From a virus (Duplodnaviria; Heunggongvirae; Uroviricota; Caudoviricetes), in IMG/VR virus record IMGVR_UViG_2706794493_000022: DNA of 7,505 bases; one strand, written 5' to 3'. This document shows, piece by piece, positions 6,041 through 7,505 of this stretch (position 1 is its first letter; every line of letters begins with the position of its first letter). A model generated the notes under the pieces. It made no database searches, had not been told where the DNA came from, and saw only the letters and a list, made by a program, of their open reading frames with translations. Both the position numbers and the translations under genes were made by a program.

Positions 6041-6189
6041 AAGGGACTGCGTCGGCGGATTTCACATACTCAATGATGGCTGCTGATGGAGAGCCTTTTC
6101 CTCCCGAACTTAAAATAACCCCCGGCAATCATCCGATGGTAACAATAAGAGCAATAGAGAATTACTGGTTTAATCCAGTTCAACAATAG
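6037..6189 (+). CDS. -1-frame continuation / 50-aa ORF overlapping the preceding stop (ATGA)
   Basis: ATG 6037 overlaps TGA 6038-6040; the same frame is open and protein-like upstream back to 5833, suggesting it is the C-terminus of the 5651 gene rather than an independent gene. Confidence 0.35.
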   Translation: MKGTASADFTYSMMAADGEPFPPELKITPGNHPMVTIRAIENYWFNPVQQ

Positions 6190-6226
6190 TTGGTCTTTGC
6201 AATATTTTTAATGGGCCACTACGCCC

Positions 6227-6412
6227 TTAATCTCGGGCGGCGTTTAACTCTTTATTCAGTAAATCAGACTGATACTGATTTGGCTTTGTAATGATACTGT
6301 CAAGTTTTGATATATGAAATTCAACATGTTCTGGACAGTTAAAAATGTAATAACCGCCCTTCTCTAAAAAGCCAGAAAGAGCGTTACAGGCAGGGCATGG
6401 TTTGTTTGGCAT
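6227..6412 (-). CDS. Small zinc-ribbon-like protein (61 aa; CPAC...CPEH), antisense to the dicB-type operon
   Basis: ATG at 6412 preceded by SD GGAGGA 4-5 nt upstream (a second in-frame ATG at 6424 lacks one; the ORF track's 6484 start is GTG). Product MPNKPCPACNALSGFLEKGGYYIFNCPEHVEF... has a C-x2-C ... C-x2-H arrangement. Confidence 0.5.
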   Translation of the reverse strand: MPNKPCPACNALSGFLEKGGYYIFNCPEHVEFHISKLDSIITKPNQYQSDLLNKELNAARD

Positions 6413-6747
6413 TTTATCCTCCATTAAGGGCTGAATTAAAAATGGAGACCAACACGCTGCTACGTGTGGTCGTGCGCCGGACACAGATAAGAATCCGGCA
6501 CTGACAGTTTACTGAAAGGATATATCCCTGAAAAGTCAGGGCATAACACGAAAGTGCACGGCGAAGTCCTTCTCCCTTAGAGCCGTCGTTAAATTTAATT
6601 CGACCGTGCGCTTCCGGTTGTGGCAATCCGCGAAATGGCGCGGCGGTAAGTATGGCGGGGTTATTCTTTCCCCGTTGAGGACACCGGGTTGTCAGGTTGA
6701 CCATACGCTTAAGTGACAACCCCGCTGCAACGCCCTCTGTTATCAAT

Positions 6748-6805
6748 TTTCTGGTGACGTTTGGCGGTATCAGTTTTACTCCGTGACTGCTCTGCCGCCC
6801 TTTTT
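6748..6805 (+). ncRNA. dicF: DicF small RNA (ftsZ-targeting, Hfq-dependent) with intrinsic terminator
   Basis: tttctggtgacgtttggcggtatcagttttactccgtgactgctctgccgccc followed by TTTTT matches DicF of the Qin prophage as recalled; GGCGG...CCGCC stem plus U-tail; sits between the ydfB-like and dicB genes as in Qin. Confidence 0.85.
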
Positions 6806-6974
6806 AAAGTGAATTTTGTGATGCGGTGAATGCGGCTGAGCGCACGCGGAACAGTTAAAACCAAAAACAGTGTTATGGGGGGATTCTCTGTATCCGGCGT
6901 TAATTGTTAACTGGTTAACGTCACCTGGAGGCACCAGGCACCGCATCACAAAATTCATTGTTGAGGACGCGATA

Positions 6975-7163
6975 ATGGAAACGTTATTACCAAACGTTAA
7001 TACGTCTGAAGGTTGTTTTGAAATTGGTGTCACTATCAGTAACCCTGTATTTACTGAAGATGCCATTAACAAGAGAAAACACGAACGGGAGCTATTAAAT
7101 AAAATATGCATTCTTTCAATGCTGGCCCGTTTACGTCCGATACAAAAAGGATGCTGGCAATGA
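6975..7163 (+). CDS. dicB: DicB cell-division inhibitor (62 aa)
   Basis: METLLPNVNTSEGCFEIGVTISNPVFTEDAINKRK...LNKICI.SMLARLR matches recalled DicB; SD GAGGA 7 nt upstream of ATG 6975 (the ORF track's 6870 start is upstream junk). Confidence 0.9.
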   Translation: METLLPNVNTSEGCFEIGVTISNPVFTEDAINKRKHERELLNKICILSMLARLRPIQKGCWQ

Positions 7164-7351
7164 ATACAGCATTTGCACTTGTTCTGACAGTTTTTCTTGT
7201 TTCCGGAGAGCCAGTTGATATTGCAGTCAGTGTTCACAGGACAATGCAGGAGTGTGTGACTGCAGCAACCGAACAGAAAATTCCCGGTAACTGTTACCCT
7301 GTCGATAAAGTTATTCACCAGGATAATAACGAAATCCCGGCAGGTCTTTAA
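7160..7351 (+). CDS. ydfD: YdfD small membrane/lysis protein (63 aa)
   Basis: MNTAFALVLTVFLVSGEPVDIAVSVHRTMQEC...IPAGL with N-terminal hydrophobic helix; ATG 7160 overlaps the dicB stop (ATGA); SD AAGGA 8 nt upstream. Confidence 0.85.
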   Translation: MNTAFALVLTVFLVSGEPVDIAVSVHRTMQECVTAATEQKIPGNCYPVDKVIHQDNNEIPAGL

Positions 7352-7443
7352 AACAGTTCCGTAATAAACATCCGATTTCATTCTTATATGCCAGCAATGG
7401 CAGGGATTTGTTCACCCTTAAATCTGTAATGAGGTAAAACAAA

Positions 7444-7505
7444 ATGAGTAAAGTCTTTATTTGCGCCGCCATTCCGGACGAACAGGCAATAAAGGAAGAA
7501 GGTGC
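7444..7505 (+). CDS. 5' end of the next operon gene (partial, runs off the window)
   Basis: ATG 7444 with SD GAGGT 8 nt upstream; MSKVFICAAIPDEQAIKEEG...; truncated by the window edge. Confidence 0.5.
   Translation, partial: MSKVFICAAIPDEQAIKEEG

Noticed and set aside
6526-6541. boxB-like hairpin (ccctga-aaag-tcaggg) as a nut site
   Set aside because: Loop and stem differ from the lambda boxB (GCCCT-GAAAA-AGGGC) and there is no adjacent boxA or N-like gene in the window; kept only as a generic hairpin.
6414-6746. 110-aa minus-strand ORF upstream of dicF
   Set aside because: R/C-rich low-plausibility translation of the GC-rich hairpin region; more likely structured non-coding sequence.
6776-7381. 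201-aa minus-strand ORF
   Set aside because: Lies antisense over DicF, DicB and YdfD, all recognised on the plus strand; cysteine-rich, low-plausibility sequence.
1-7505. tRNA, CRISPR array, IS element or integrase
   Set aside because: No T-loop/cloverleaf candidates, no repeat-spacer array, no terminal inverted repeats with a transposase, and no integrase-like ORF were seen in the window.

Overview
This window reads as the immunity/early-regulatory region of a lambdoid (Rac/Qin/CP-933P-like) prophage of Escherichia coli; all calls rest on reading the supplied ORF translations and the DNA by eye, with no database search. Minus strand, transcribed from about 4060 down to 2: a Cro-like HTH gene (YdaS-like), a YdaT-like gene (CII analogue), one unresolved ORF, a replication-initiator gene with internal iteron-like repeats, a DnaC-like helicase loader and a 256-aa hypothetical. 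Plus strand, divergent from 4169: a DicA/PaaR-like repressor, then a PaaA-like antitoxin and ParE-family toxin with overlapping stop/start, an intrinsic terminator, and a second promoter/operator driving a Qin dicB-type operon (YdfA-like, YdfB-like, a frameshifted ORF, DicF sRNA, DicB, YdfD, start of a further gene). Two near-identical 15-16 bp inverted repeats sit at the divergent promoter region and at the dicB-type operon promoter. Points worth follow-up are a frame break at A7 slippery tracts, an antisense promoter/ORF conflicting with a minus-strand ORF between the ydaT-like and replication genes, a small zinc-ribbon ORF antisense to the DicF precursor region, and a C-rich rut-like leader. 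No tRNA, rRNA, CRISPR array, IS element or integrase was seen.
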